DNA of 64,000 nucleotides from Fimbriimonadales bacterium (lineage in GTDB: Bacteria; Armatimonadota; Fimbriimonadia; Fimbriimonadales; Fimbriimonadaceae): contig JAOACB010000006.1 of the NCBI GenBank assembly GCA_026418055.1, positions 13,418 through 77,417 of the forward strand, written 5' to 3'. The translations under genes were made by a program, and so were the position numbers. Each line of letters starts with the position of its first letter. Positions within the stretch are counted from its first letter, which is position 1. The notes beneath the pieces are model-generated. The model was not told the origin of the DNA. It did no database searches and was given only the letters and a program-made list of their open reading frames with translations. Below, one piece after another: positions 7,468-18,429 of the stretch.

Positions 7468-10400
7468 ATGAGGGGATTCGCTCCGTGGCTCGCACCCTGT
7501 CTCCTGCCCATCGCCCTCGCAGGCTCCGCCTTGGTCCATCAGGCGCCGCCGCACGCTTGGATCGAAGGGGAGGCGTTCGCATCCGCGTCCGTCCGGCCGA
7601 ACGTGGCTGGCTGGGGAAGGAAGGAGTTGCTGTCGGAACAGCAGTGGGCTCTGGTGTCTACGGACGACCGCAACGCCGCTCCCGTCCAACTAGCCTACGA
7701 GTTCGACGCCCCGGCTCCCGGCAGCAACGAGCTGTGGCTGAGGCTCGGGTACGAGTTCGCCCGATCGCCGTTCCGCTGGCGGCTCAACGGCGGGCCTTGG
7801 AAGGAAGTGTCGCCGGACGAGCTGACCAGCGACCTCATGCCGATCGACTTCTGGGTCGAGGTGGCCTGGCTCAAGCTGGGCGACGTTCGGTTGGAGAGCG
7901 GGCGCCAGCGCCTCGAGCTCGAGGTGCTGCAACGCAAGAACGAGCGCGGCGAGAACAACGGCCTGCTGTTCGCGGTGGACGCGATCGTGGCGACGCCGGG
8001 ACCGTTCCTCCCCAATGGGCCGCGCAAGCCGGGCCAAGCGGCTCCCAGCGAGCAAGACCGCACGGCGGCGCAGACGGTCTTCGAGGCCAAGGCTCCCCAA
8101 CCGGGGATGAGGGCGAGCGTGAGGCTCGAAGGGCTATGGGAGGTCGCTCGCGGCGACGAGCAGCTTCCCGGGCCCGTGGCGGAGCCGATGCGCGACCCGC
8201 CGAAGGAGGCTTTCTGGACGGCCATCCCGGTTCCGAGCGACCGCAACGCGTCTCGACCGGACCTGATGTTCGCCCACCGCCTTTGGTACCGCACTCGGTT
8301 CCGCCTGCCCGCGGACTTCGCCGGCGGCAGCGTGCTGCTGCGGTTCCCTCTGAACAACCTGAACACGACCGTCTACGTGAACGGCGTGCTGTGCGGCTTC
8401 GGCAAGGATCCGTTCGTGCCTTTCCAGCTCGATGTCTCCAAGGCCGTGCGGCCCGGCGAGAACGAGCTTCTCGTGGGCATCCGCGACGCTTGGTACGGCT
8501 ATTCCGCGAGCCCGAACGATCCCATGAAGCTGCGGCGCAAGTTCAACCTTCCGCTCGAGGTGACGCGCCAGGGGTTCCAAGACCTCGCGTACCCCATTTG
8601 GAACGCCTTCTACTCGGGGATCTTGGAGACGCCGGAACTGACCGTGACCGGCCCCTCCTTCGTGCAGGACGTTTTCGTCCAACCCAAGGTCTCGGACGGC
8701 ACGGTCACGGCCGAGGTGCAGGTCGCCAACGGCCCGGCGCAGGTGCGTTGCGATGTCGTGGACCCAGTCAGCGGGCAGATCTTGGCGGCCTTGGGCACGG
8801 TGCCGACCGACGCCGAGGGCAAGGCGGTGGTCACGGGGAAATGGGAGAACCCGCGCCTCTGGTGGCCGGACGACCCCCAGATGGTCCTGCTGCGCACCAC
8901 GGTGCTGCGCGACGGACGAGCGACCGACCGGGTGGACACGGAGTTCGGCTTCCGCGAGTGGACCGTGCGGGGCAAGCACTGGTTCCTCAACGGAGTGCGC
9001 TGGAAGGGCTGGGCGGAGCTCACCCAAGGGGAGACGCCGGAGGAATGGCTGGCCAACTATCGCCGCTCGGGCCAGAGGTTCATGCGGATGGCCGGAGTCT
9101 CGCAGGGAGGAGGCTATCGCTGGAAGGGCATGCCGATGGAGGAGGCCCTGCGCTGGTGCGACCGCAACGGCGTGGTGGTTCGTCGCAGCGGCATCCTCGA
9201 CGGGCAAATGATCGGCTACATGGCCGTCGAGAACGATCCCATCCTCCGGGAGCTCTACCGCTCCGAGATCAAGATGGAGCTGATGCGCCACTGGCTGGAC
9301 CAAATGGTCGGGCAGGTGCGCGCCGAGAGAAACCACCCCTCGATCCACGTCTGGTCGCTCGAGAACGAATGGCTGTACATCAACTGCATCAACCTGTACG
9401 GCGGGCTGATGGATCAGTTCGAGGCCGAGGTCAGGCGCGTGGGCGACGCTGTGCTGAGAGCGGACCCCACCCGCCTGTGGATGGTCGACGGAGGAGGCGC
9501 GGCCAAGGACAACTCCTATCCCGTGCACGGCGACCACTACGTGTACACCAACGAACCGAGCCGCTACCCGGCGCTCGCCTTCGATCCGTTCGTGACGGGA
9601 GGCGGCCGGGGTCGATGGCAGTGGGACCAGCGGCGTCCCCGCTACATCGGAGAGGATTTCTACGCGGCGGGCATCAACCCGGCCGACTACGCTTGGATCC
9701 AAGGCGAGGACGCGTTCGCGGGCAAAGCGGCGGCGCACCGAGGCATCGCTCTGGTGCAGAGGATGCTGAACGAGGGCTACCGGTGGGCCGACCACTACGC
9801 CTTCTGGCACCTGTGGGTCGGGGACGAGGGCGCGCAATTCGGCAAGTGGATCTCCAACGCCGAGCGGGCCGTGTTCTGTCGGGAGTACGACTGGACCTTC
9901 GGGGCGGGGCAGAAGGTCGGAAGAACCCTGAGGGTGTTCAACGATTCCCGCCGTTCGGAGCCGCTGACCCTCACGGCCGAACTGTCGTTCGGCGGTGAGG
10001 TGCAGGATCGTCAGATCCGCGAGCTTCGGGTGCCTCCGGGTGAGGCCGAGACGGTGAGGATGGAGCTGCGTCTGCCGAAGGTCCAGCGCAGGACCGAGGG
10101 CGTGTGGCGTCTGCGGCTCTCTGCGGGCGGCCAGACGGTGTTCGACGACCGCAAGCCGGTGTCGGTGCTGCCGTCCTCCTCCTTGCTGGACCCTAAGCTG
10201 AAGGCGGCGTTGCCCAAGGGATCGCTCGCGGTCTGGGATCCTTCCGGCAGGGTGTCGGCTTGGCTGCGCGCCCATGGCCTGGAACCGCTGTCCGTGCGGG
10301 GCCCCGCGTCGGTGCCCAAGAGCGTTTCGGTCCTGGTGGTGGGACCGAACGCTTTGGACGAGGGTTCCAGCGTTCGGCCCGACCTGGCCGCGCTCGCGCT

Positions 10401-12462
10401 CGGAGGAGTGCGCGTGGTGGTGCTGGAGCAACAGAACCCTCTGCGCGTGCAGGGCCTGCCCGTGCCTGTGGAGACCACGGATCGCCGAGGGGCGTTTGCG
10501 TTCATCGAGAACCCTACCCATCCCGCGCTGGACGGTCTTGAGAGCAGGGACCTCACCGCGTGGCCGTCGGACGGATGGTCGTTCGAGAAGGCCTACGTGA
10601 AACCCACTCAGGGGGCCAGATCGCTCGTGCAGGCCCACGAGCGTCTGCGGTACAGCCCGTTGCTGGAGGTGCCTGTCGGGCCGAGCGTCCTGCTGGTGTG
10701 CCAGCTGAAGGTGGGCGCGAACCTGGGCCACGCCCCGGCGTCCCGGTTGCTGGCCAACCTGCTGCTGCACGCCGCCACCTACCGCAAGCTCACCGTTCCT
10801 CTGGTGCTGTTCGCAGGCCCGAACCAGCAGTTGCACCAAGCCGTGCGCTCGATCGGGGTGTCGTTCCAGGACGTTCCCTCGGCGCTCGCCGCGATCCGCC
10901 CGCCGGGGAGGCGGATCGCCGTGGTGTCGGCGGATCCCAAGACCCTGGCAGAGCTGGCGGGCCATCCCAAGGATCTGGCCGCCTTCTTCGACGCGGGAGG
11001 CACGCTGCTGCTGAACGGGCTGACTCCGGAGGGTGCGGACGCCTACGCCAAGGTGGTCGGAGTGCCGCACCTGGTGCGCCCGTTCCGCAGAGAGCGCACC
11101 GGATGGCGCATGCCGCGAGACCCGCTGGCCGTCGGCATCGGCACCGGCGACATCGCGATGCTCTCCTCCGAGCGCCTGTTCGAGTGGACCTCGGACATGT
11201 GGATCGCGGACGACGTGTTCCACGCCGTGGTGGACACGGACGAGGTGGCGTCCTTCGGCATCCCGCCGGGCTTCGAGAACATCGTGAACGGCATGGTTTC
11301 CGCGGACGGTTGGAAGTACATCTACTCGTTCGGCCTGCCCCAGCAAAAGCCGGAGGTCGAGTTCCGATGGCCCAAGCCGCTGACGTTCACCGGGATGGAG
11401 TGGATCGGCAACGGCTACTACCATCTCGTCAACCGCATCGAGCTGGTGTTCGACGGCAAGGACGCCTTGGCCTACAGCGTACAGCCGAACATCGAACCTC
11501 AGACGCTGAAGATCGATCCGCCCCGCACCGCCAGCCGGGTGCTCCTGAGGATCGCCGACTGGGTTCGCGTTCCGTCCGCCACCCAGAACGTCGTGGGGAT
11601 CGACAACGTGCGGCTGTTCGTGCGAAGAGACCCTAAGATCTGGTCGCGCGTGCATCCTGTGGACGTGACCGGGGGCATCGTGCGGTACTCGATCGGCAAG
11701 GGCCAGGCCGTGCTGTGCAACTTGCGCTTCCAGAGCACCGAGTCGGTGCCGGAGAACGCCGTGAAGAAGCGCAACATCCTTGCTGGCATCCTGCGGAACC
11801 TGGGCGCCGCGTTCGGCGGCGATCGGACCGTGGTGGCGGGCGCCGCGGGGAACCGCTACGCTTCGATCGACCTTTCCAAGCAGGCGAACCAGTTCCGCAA
11901 CCAACGGGGTTGGTTCGGCGACCCGAGCCGCACCTTCGCGGACTTCCCGTCGGGGCGCCAGGTGTTCGGTGGCGTGCCGTTCGACGTGTTCGAGTTCCGC
12001 ACCTCTCCCGTGCCGGAGTGCGTGATGCTGGGAGGTCCTGGCGTGCCGAACAACCCTCCGGAGAGCGTGGAGGGGATCCCGGTCGGCCGCAAGGCCGCGG
12101 CGCTGTTCTTCGTGCACACGGCCCGCGTGGATCGCCAGCCGAGCGACGAGGAGCGGCGCAACGGCGTGTCCGCCGAGGTGGGACGCTATCGCATCCGCTT
12201 CGCGGACGGTCAGACGATCGAGGTGCCGTTGGTAGCCGGGCGCAACATCGGGCCGTTCTCGGTGCGCAAGCCCGAGCCGTTGCCCGAGGCGGCGGTCGCG
12301 TGGACGAAGCCGTACGCGGACTCGCAGGAGCACGCCGTCGCGTACCTCTTCCAGTGGAACAACCCACGGCCCGAGGTGGCCATCGCGGCGATCGATCTGC
12401 TGTACGGGCCCGGCCCTCGGTTCGGGGTTCCCGCGCTGCTGGCGATCACCGCCGTGGAGTGA
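7468..12462 (+). CDS. Giant secreted multidomain glycoside hydrolase family 2 protein (1664 aa)
   Basis: Signal peptide MRGFAPWLAPCLLPIALAGSALV. GH2 sugar-binding-like region (LWYRTRFRLP...VYVNGV). TIM-barrel motif RNHPSIHVWSLENEW. About 750 aa of additional C-terminal domains. Confidence 0.8.
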   Translation: MRGFAPWLAPCLLPIALAGSALVHQAPPHAWIEGEAFASASVRPNVAGWGRKELLSEQQWALVSTDDRNAAPVQLAYEFDAPAPGSNELWLRLGYEFARSPFRWRLNGGPWKEVSPDELTSDLMPIDFWVEVAWLKLGDVRLESGRQRLELEVLQRKNERGENNGLLFAVDAIVATPGPFLPNGPRKPGQAAPSEQDRTAAQTVFEAKAPQPGMRASVRLEGLWEVARGDEQLPGPVAEPMRDPPKEAFWTAIPVPSDRNASRPDLMFAHRLWYRTRFRLPADFAGGSVLLRFPLNNLNTTVYVNGVLCGFGKDPFVPFQLDVSKAVRPGENELLVGIRDAWYGYSASPNDPMKLRRKFNLPLEVTRQGFQDLAYPIWNAFYSGILETPELTVTGPSFVQDVFVQPKVSDGTVTAEVQVANGPAQVRCDVVDPVSGQILAALGTVPTDAEGKAVVTGKWENPRLWWPDDPQMVLLRTTVLRDGRATDRVDTEFGFREWTVRGKHWFLNGVRWKGWAELTQGETPEEWLANYRRSGQRFMRMAGVSQGGGYRWKGMPMEEALRWCDRNGVVVRRSGILDGQMIGYMAVENDPILRELYRSEIKMELMRHWLDQMVGQVRAERNHPSIHVWSLENEWLYINCINLYGGLMDQFEAEVRRVGDAVLRADPTRLWMVDGGGAAKDNSYPVHGDHYVYTNEPSRYPALAFDPFVTGGGRGRWQWDQRRPRYIGEDFYAAGINPADYAWIQGEDAFAGKAAAHRGIALVQRMLNEGYRWADHYAFWHLWVGDEGAQFGKWISNAERAVFCREYDWTFGAGQKVGRTLRVFNDSRRSEPLTLTAELSFGGEVQDRQIRELRVPPGEAETVRMELRLPKVQRRTEGVWRLRLSAGGQTVFDDRKPVSVLPSSSLLDPKLKAALPKGSLAVWDPSGRVSAWLRAHGLEPLSVRGPASVPKSVSVLVVGPNALDEGSSVRPDLAALALGGVRVVVLEQQNPLRVQGLPVPVETTDRRGAFAFIENPTHPALDGLESRDLTAWPSDGWSFEKAYVKPTQGARSLVQAHERLRYSPLLEVPVGPSVLLVCQLKVGANLGHAPASRLLANLLLHAATYRKLTVPLVLFAGPNQQLHQAVRSIGVSFQDVPSALAAIRPPGRRIAVVSADPKTLAELAGHPKDLAAFFDAGGTLLLNGLTPEGADAYAKVVGVPHLVRPFRRERTGWRMPRDPLAVGIGTGDIAMLSSERLFEWTSDMWIADDVFHAVVDTDEVASFGIPPGFENIVNGMVSADGWKYIYSFGLPQQKPEVEFRWPKPLTFTGMEWIGNGYYHLVNRIELVFDGKDALAYSVQPNIEPQTLKIDPPRTASRVLLRIADWVRVPSATQNVVGIDNVRLFVRRDPKIWSRVHPVDVTGGIVRYSIGKGQAVLCNLRFQSTESVPENAVKKRNILAGILRNLGAAFGGDRTVVAGAAGNRYASIDLSKQANQFRNQRGWFGDPSRTFADFPSGRQVFGGVPFDVFEFRTSPVPECVMLGGPGVPNNPPESVEGIPVGRKAAALFFVHTARVDRQPSDEERRNGVSAEVGRYRIRFADGQTIEVPLVAGRNIGPFSVRKPEPLPEAAVAWTKPYADSQEHAVAYLFQWNNPRPEVAIAAIDLLYGPGPRFGVPALLAITAVE

Positions 12463-12470
12463 GCCTGACG

Positions 12471-12508
12471 CCAGGGCGGCCCGGCGCCTTGGCGCCGGGC
12501 CGCCCTGG
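12471..12508. terminator. Near-perfect 38-nt palindrome (18-bp arms) between convergent GH2 and eno; likely bidirectional terminator
   Basis: CCAGGGCGGCCCGGCGCC-TT-GGCGCCGGGCCGCCCTGG. No clear U-tract. Confidence 0.5.
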
Positions 12509-12528
12509 GGCGCTCTCGGTCGATGCCG

Positions 12529-14227
<1,699 letters not shown>

Positions 14228-14282
14228 CCGAGGGATCCTACGTCGGAAGGCGCCGAACGTTCGCGATGTCGGGAGGGAGGCT

Positions 14283-14359
14283 TGGTACCCCGGACGGGAT
14301 TCGAACCCGCGATCTTCGCCGTGAGAGGGCGATGTCCTGAACCGCTAGACGACCGGGGC
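14283..14359 (-). tRNA. tRNA-Glu (anticodon CUC), CCA encoded
   Basis: Reverse complement GCCCCGGTCGTCTAGCGGTTCAGGACATCGCCCTCTCACGGCGAAGATCGCGGGTTCGAATCCCGTCCGGGGTACCA folds as a cloverleaf. Anticodon loop CTCTCAC, T-loop GGTTCGAATCC. Closely parallels E. coli tRNA-Glu. Confidence 0.85.
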
Positions 14360-14404
14360 GTCCAAGCGCTCTTTATACCGCCTTGCGCCGAGGCTACGCA
14401 AGGG

Positions 14405-16627
14405 TCAAGGCCGGATCGCGATGGGCTTGTACCGCCAGCCTTCCGCCAGAGGAGTCTGGTCGTTGGAGTGAGGGCCGGATTCGGCGACTCCGGGCGGGGC
14501 CACCGTGCGCCCGCGCGGCAAAGGGCGCAACTCGACGATCTGCAGAAACGTGCCCCGGTTGCCGTAGGGCACCGCTGGCTCGGTGGACCGGATCGCTCCC
14601 GGGGTGTACCGCCACAGCGCGGGGTCGTTTCCGGCCTGGGTGGACAGCTTGGCCACCGCCCGTTGGAACGCCTCTCGCAAAACGTCGTCGCGCTTGCGAC
14701 CCGCCAGATAATCGTACGCGGTTCGGCCGCCCAGGGCGTTCTGCAAGAAGGTCGGTTGGGCGACGCGTCGCAGGTTTTCGGAGCCCAGCAAGCTGCCGAC
14801 GTGCGGCTCGAGCAGCAGCGACACCAGCTCGTCGTTCGCCGCTTGAAAGATCGCCGCGGCTGGGTTGCCCTCCACCATCCAGCCGTCGAAGGCGGTCAGG
14901 TAGCGCGCCGCGTCGGCCTCCAGCGGCGAGCCGCTGAAACCCACGAGGGCGGCCCGCCACAGCGGTTGCCGCCTCGCGTAGACCTCGGACCGCCGGGCGA
15001 TGGTCCACAGCGCCGCTTCCAGATCCCACAAGGACAGCTTGTCCCTGCCCAACGCCTCGCGGATCAGATCGACCCGGTCCACCCGGCCCCAAACAGGCGT
15101 GTCGAGGTTGGGCCACCACGCGGCGGGCTTGTTGTTCCAGTTGGTCAGCAACCCCGAGGCGGGATTGACGACCTGCGGCATGCGGTCGAAAGGGAGGACG
15201 CCACGCCACTCGGTGTCGGGCGATCCCGGAGTCGGAAGCCTCGGGTCGAGCCTCTCGGCTCTGAGCGGCACCCGACCTAGGTACGCGAACCCGATGTCGC
15301 CCGAGGTCGTGGCGAAGAGCAGGTTGAAGCCCATCGTGGCCTTCGGTGCCAGGCGCAGGACCTCGTTCGCCGAACTCGCGTTGTACAGGCCGATCAGGGT
15401 GTCGTAAGACTCCAGCTCGCTCATCCAAAAGCTGGACCGCAGGGCGAACCGGGCCTGGCCGTTGCGCAGGCTCAGCAGAATCGGCCCCAAGTGGCTGCGC
15501 TCTTGGACGACGGTCTCCGGGGCCGCTCCCTTGGGCCTCAGCTGGAACGCCAACCGCTCGAGCTTTCGGGAGGACCCTCCGTAGCGATAGGCGTCCGGGC
15601 CCGATCCCTCCAGGAACACGACATCCTCCGTGTCGGCCACGCTCGTCGTGAGAGCCCAGGCGAGCTTCAGCGTGTGGCCCACCAGCACGCCGGGAACGCC
15701 CGGCACGTCCATCCCTGCGACGGCGATCCCCGGAGCCGAGATCGACATCTCGTGCACGACGCTGGGCCTCGAGAATCCCATCTGGGGGCCCGCCACCAGC
15801 AACGGCACCCCCGTGGCGCTGCGTTTCGGTGCCACGACGATCGCGTAGCTGCCCGTGCGGCTCGGAAGCCCCAGCCGCTCCGCCACCGAAGCGCCCTCCG
15901 CCCGCTCGGCCAGCCTCAGGGCAGGCAGCAGCTCCAGCAGGTTGAGCTTGGGCAGCTTCGCCAGCTGGGCTTCGGTGTCGGCCCTCGAGAACTTCGGGAA
16001 CGAAGGCCGCTTGTCCGCAGGCAGGTCGTCGGCCGGATCGACCGTGGTCGGAGCCTCGGGATCGTTCTGCCACGCGAGGTCGTCCAGCACGTCCAGCGCC
16101 CGTTCCCTGCAGGGCTGGGTTTGCAGGTAGGTCAGGGCGGCCAGGTTGCGCAGCTCGCCTGCCCCGCCCCGTCCGAACAGGCGGAACAGCCGCACGGCGA
16201 TCGCGACGCTGTCCCGAACGGTCCAGGGCTCGGGCTTGGTGCCTTGGTAGCCCGGCGGGAGCGTTCCCTCGCGCGCGGCCTTCTCCATGTAGGCGTTCAC
16301 ACCCTTGGCGTAGCTCTCGAAGGCCTCGCGGCTTCGCGAGGAGAGGGACTGGAACTGGCGGTCCAGCTCTTCGGGAGTGTAGGCGGTGCGCAGCGTCTCG
16401 CGGTCCGCCGCGAGGTACTCCGGCCCGAGCAGCTCCGACAGCCGGCCGGCGCCGATGCGCCGGTTCATCTCCATCTGCCACAGACGGTCTTCAGCCACAG
16501 CGTAGCCGGCGTGGAAGAACGCCTCCTCCCACGTCGGAGCCAGGATTTGGGGAACACCGTAGGCGTCGCGCACGATCGGCGAGGCGTTGCAAAGCCCAGC
16601 GGCTAACAGCGCTAGCAGGGCGACCAT
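14405..16627 (-). CDS. Penicillin acylase family (Ntn-hydrolase S45) protein, secreted
   Basis: Signal peptide, then RDAYGVPQILAPTWEEAFFHAGYAVAEDRLWQMEMNRR. Putative nucleophile context RTGSYAIVVAP. Confidence 0.85.
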   Translation of the reverse strand: MVALLALLAAGLCNASPIVRDAYGVPQILAPTWEEAFFHAGYAVAEDRLWQMEMNRRIGAGRLSELLGPEYLAADRETLRTAYTPEELDRQFQSLSSRSREAFESYAKGVNAYMEKAAREGTLPPGYQGTKPEPWTVRDSVAIAVRLFRLFGRGGAGELRNLAALTYLQTQPCRERALDVLDDLAWQNDPEAPTTVDPADDLPADKRPSFPKFSRADTEAQLAKLPKLNLLELLPALRLAERAEGASVAERLGLPSRTGSYAIVVAPKRSATGVPLLVAGPQMGFSRPSVVHEMSISAPGIAVAGMDVPGVPGVLVGHTLKLAWALTTSVADTEDVVFLEGSGPDAYRYGGSSRKLERLAFQLRPKGAAPETVVQERSHLGPILLSLRNGQARFALRSSFWMSELESYDTLIGLYNASSANEVLRLAPKATMGFNLLFATTSGDIGFAYLGRVPLRAERLDPRLPTPGSPDTEWRGVLPFDRMPQVVNPASGLLTNWNNKPAAWWPNLDTPVWGRVDRVDLIREALGRDKLSLWDLEAALWTIARRSEVYARRQPLWRAALVGFSGSPLEADAARYLTAFDGWMVEGNPAAAIFQAANDELVSLLLEPHVGSLLGSENLRRVAQPTFLQNALGGRTAYDYLAGRKRDDVLREAFQRAVAKLSTQAGNDPALWRYTPGAIRSTEPAVPYGNRGTFLQIVELRPLPRGRTVAPPGVAESGPHSNDQTPLAEGWRYKPIAIRP

Positions 16628-16670
16628 CGGGAGAACGGTTCGCCAGGAGGGACGGAGAATCCTACGAGGC

Positions 16671-16859
16671 CTAGTGGAAGGGCCTGCCCTGCGGCGGCGA
16701 GAAGGTGCGGTTGATCAGCTTGTACAGGAGCCAGGCCGTCAAGCCCAGGAAGGCGAGCGGGATCACCAGATTCAGGACCGCGTGAGCGATGACGAGGACG
16801 ATCCGGAACACCACGATGGCCAGGATCACCGCCAAAACCGCTTTGAACGCTCCGCTCAT
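16671..16859 (-). CDS. 62-aa two-helix membrane protein
   Basis: MSGAFKAVLAVILAIVVFRIVLVIAHAVLNLVIPLAFLGLTAWLLY. AGGAGA SD 6 nt upstream of ATG 16859. Confidence 0.45.
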   Translation of the reverse strand: MSGAFKAVLAVILAIVVFRIVLVIAHAVLNLVIPLAFLGLTAWLLYKLINRTFSPPQGRPFH

Positions 16860-17042
16860 CCAGCTTCTCCTGGGCGCCCGCTTCCGAACGCCGACGCTTG
16901 CTTCATTGAACGGCATCCCGAATTCTGGAACCAATGGCGGTGGGACCATCGGCCCTTGGCGGTTCTTGCCGTCTTGACGATGCTTTTACCCCATGCAGCT
17001 CTCGCCTTCGCCACCCCGCCTCGCCTCGAGTATCCTGCTTCC

Positions 17043-17906
17043 ATGAGCCTTCCCGTCCTCCGAGCACCTCGGCTGGATCCCAAGGACGACGCCTGCCTGC
17101 GCATCGATGCGCCTCTGGTCGCCCGCTGGCTAGTGGCCTTCCTGCGCGACGAGTGCGTGCGGCGTCGCGGCATCTCCAGTGCAGTGCTCGGGCTGAGCGG
17201 CGGCGTCGACTCCGCGGTGGTGGCCTACCTGTGCGCGAGGGCGTTCGGTCCGGAGAACACGTTCGCGTTCCGCATGCCCTACAAGATCTCCTCCACCGAG
17301 AGCCTCCAGCACGCTCAGCTCGTGATCGACGCCCTGGGCCTGCAGAGCCGCACGGTGGAGATCACGCCGATGGTCGACGGGTACCTCGCAACCGCCGAGC
17401 CGGAGGCCGGGCCGGCTCGTGTGGGGAATGTCTGCGCCCGTTGCAGGATGATCGTGCTGTTCGATCAGGCCGCCAAGCTGGGCGCCCTGCCGATCGGAAC
17501 GGGCAACAAGAGCGAGAGGCTGTTCGGCTACTACACGTGGCACGCGGACGACTCTCCGCCCATCAACCCCTTGGGGGATCTCTTCAAGACGCAGGTTTGG
17601 CAGCTCGCGCGAGAGCTGGGAGTGCCCTCCGTCATCGTCGACAAGCCTGCCAGCGCCGACCTCATCCAGGGACAGACCGACGAGGGGGACTTCGGCATCC
17701 GCTACCAGGACGCCGACCGGATCCTGCACTACCTCACGCAGGGCTTCTCCGCGCCGAAGCTCAAGGAGATGGGCTTCGACCCGCACCAGGTGGACCTGGT
17801 GTTCACCAAGGTGGAATCGACGCACTGGAAGCGCCGCTTGCCCACGACGGCGATGCTCAGCAAGTCGGCGATCGGCGAGTTCTACCTCCGTCCGGTCGAC
17901 TACTGA
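17043..17906 (+). CDS. nadE: NH3-dependent NAD+ synthetase
   Basis: PP-loop LGLSGGVDSAVVAYL, conserved C-terminal region. ATG 17043 chosen; the upstream part of the ORF call is Arg/Gln-rich with no homology pattern. Confidence 0.9.
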   Translation: MSLPVLRAPRLDPKDDACLRIDAPLVARWLVAFLRDECVRRRGISSAVLGLSGGVDSAVVAYLCARAFGPENTFAFRMPYKISSTESLQHAQLVIDALGLQSRTVEITPMVDGYLATAEPEAGPARVGNVCARCRMIVLFDQAAKLGALPIGTGNKSERLFGYYTWHADDSPPINPLGDLFKTQVWQLARELGVPSVIVDKPASADLIQGQTDEGDFGIRYQDADRILHYLTQGFSAPKLKEMGFDPHQVDLVFTKVESTHWKRRLPTTAMLSKSAIGEFYLRPVDY

Positions 17907-18061
17907 GCGTTCCGCTCGCCGCAACGGGCGACCCACAGGGCCGGCCGTGGGCTGGACTTGCCGCGCAAGGCGCGCGCGATCGTCTTTCGCGCCGCGAGCC
18001 AAGTGATCGGTAGCGCGGCGGCGGTGGCCACCCAAAGGGCCTTTCGCGTCGTGAGCTGCAT
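17900..18061 (-). CDS. Possible 53-aa membrane mini-protein (below the ORF-track cutoff)
   Basis: ATG at 18061, TAG at 17900. GGGAGAG 9 nt upstream. High third-position GC. Hydrophobic stretch ALWVATAAALPITWLAA. No homology evidence. Confidence 0.25.
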   Translation of the reverse strand: MQLTTRKALWVATAAALPITWLAARKTIARALRGKSSPRPALWVARCGERNAQ

Positions 18062-18112
18062 CGCTGGAACTCTCCCACTCCGATTGTCGGCTCGAGCGGC
18101 GCGATTCCGGAG

Positions 18113-18385
18113 TCAGCCGGACTCGATGCGGAAGTCTGGCCACGAGACGTTCTCGAACGTCTCGGCGCTTAGAACCCGGTCGACCCGACCGGGGCCGCCC
18201 GTCAGCTCGGAGAGAAACCGCTCCAGAACGGCGGCATCGTCGTGGCTCGCGAGGCCCCGCACCGTGCCGTCCGGCGAGTTCCACACCGATCCGCGAACGC
18301 CCAATCGGCGCCCGAGCCGCTGGGTGAACCAACGAAAGCCGACCCCTTGGACGACGCCGGTCACGGTGAACGAGCGTGTCGGCAT
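18113..18385 (-). CDS. acyP: Acylphosphatase
   Basis: VTGVVQGVGFRWFTQ motif and ~90-aa size. Confidence 0.85.
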   Translation of the reverse strand: MPTRSFTVTGVVQGVGFRWFTQRLGRRLGVRGSVWNSPDGTVRGLASHDDAAVLERFLSELTGGPGRVDRVLSAETFENVSWPDFRIESG

Positions 18386-18429
18386 GCGTCCAGTCTACAA
18401 CGGATGGGCGGGAGTAGAATGCTCTCCGC

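Noticed and set aside
8134-12333. 1399-aa minus-strand ORF antisense to the GH2 gene, plus the 851-aa alternative plus-strand frame at 7443-9998
   Set aside because: Arg/Gly/Pro/His-rich translation with no recognisable motif, lying entirely opposite or out of frame to a gene with clear GH2 signatures. Long shadow ORFs are expected in high-GC DNA because stop codons are rare.
14228-14404. tRNA-Glu as a possible integration hotspot or genomic-island border
   Set aside because: No integrase, no direct repeat of the tRNA 3' end, and the flanking genes (DCC oxidoreductase, penicillin acylase) have the same composition as the rest of the window.
16587-17042. N-terminal extensions of ORF calls (nadE from 16587, sigma from 54114, M20 peptidase from 50459, LivG/LivM/LivK, dapF, PBP1A from 55710)
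   Set aside because: The extensions overlap neighbouring genes or contain terminators or promoter-like boxes, are compositionally biased, and lack homology patterns. Internal starts fit family N-termini and show coupling or SD signals.
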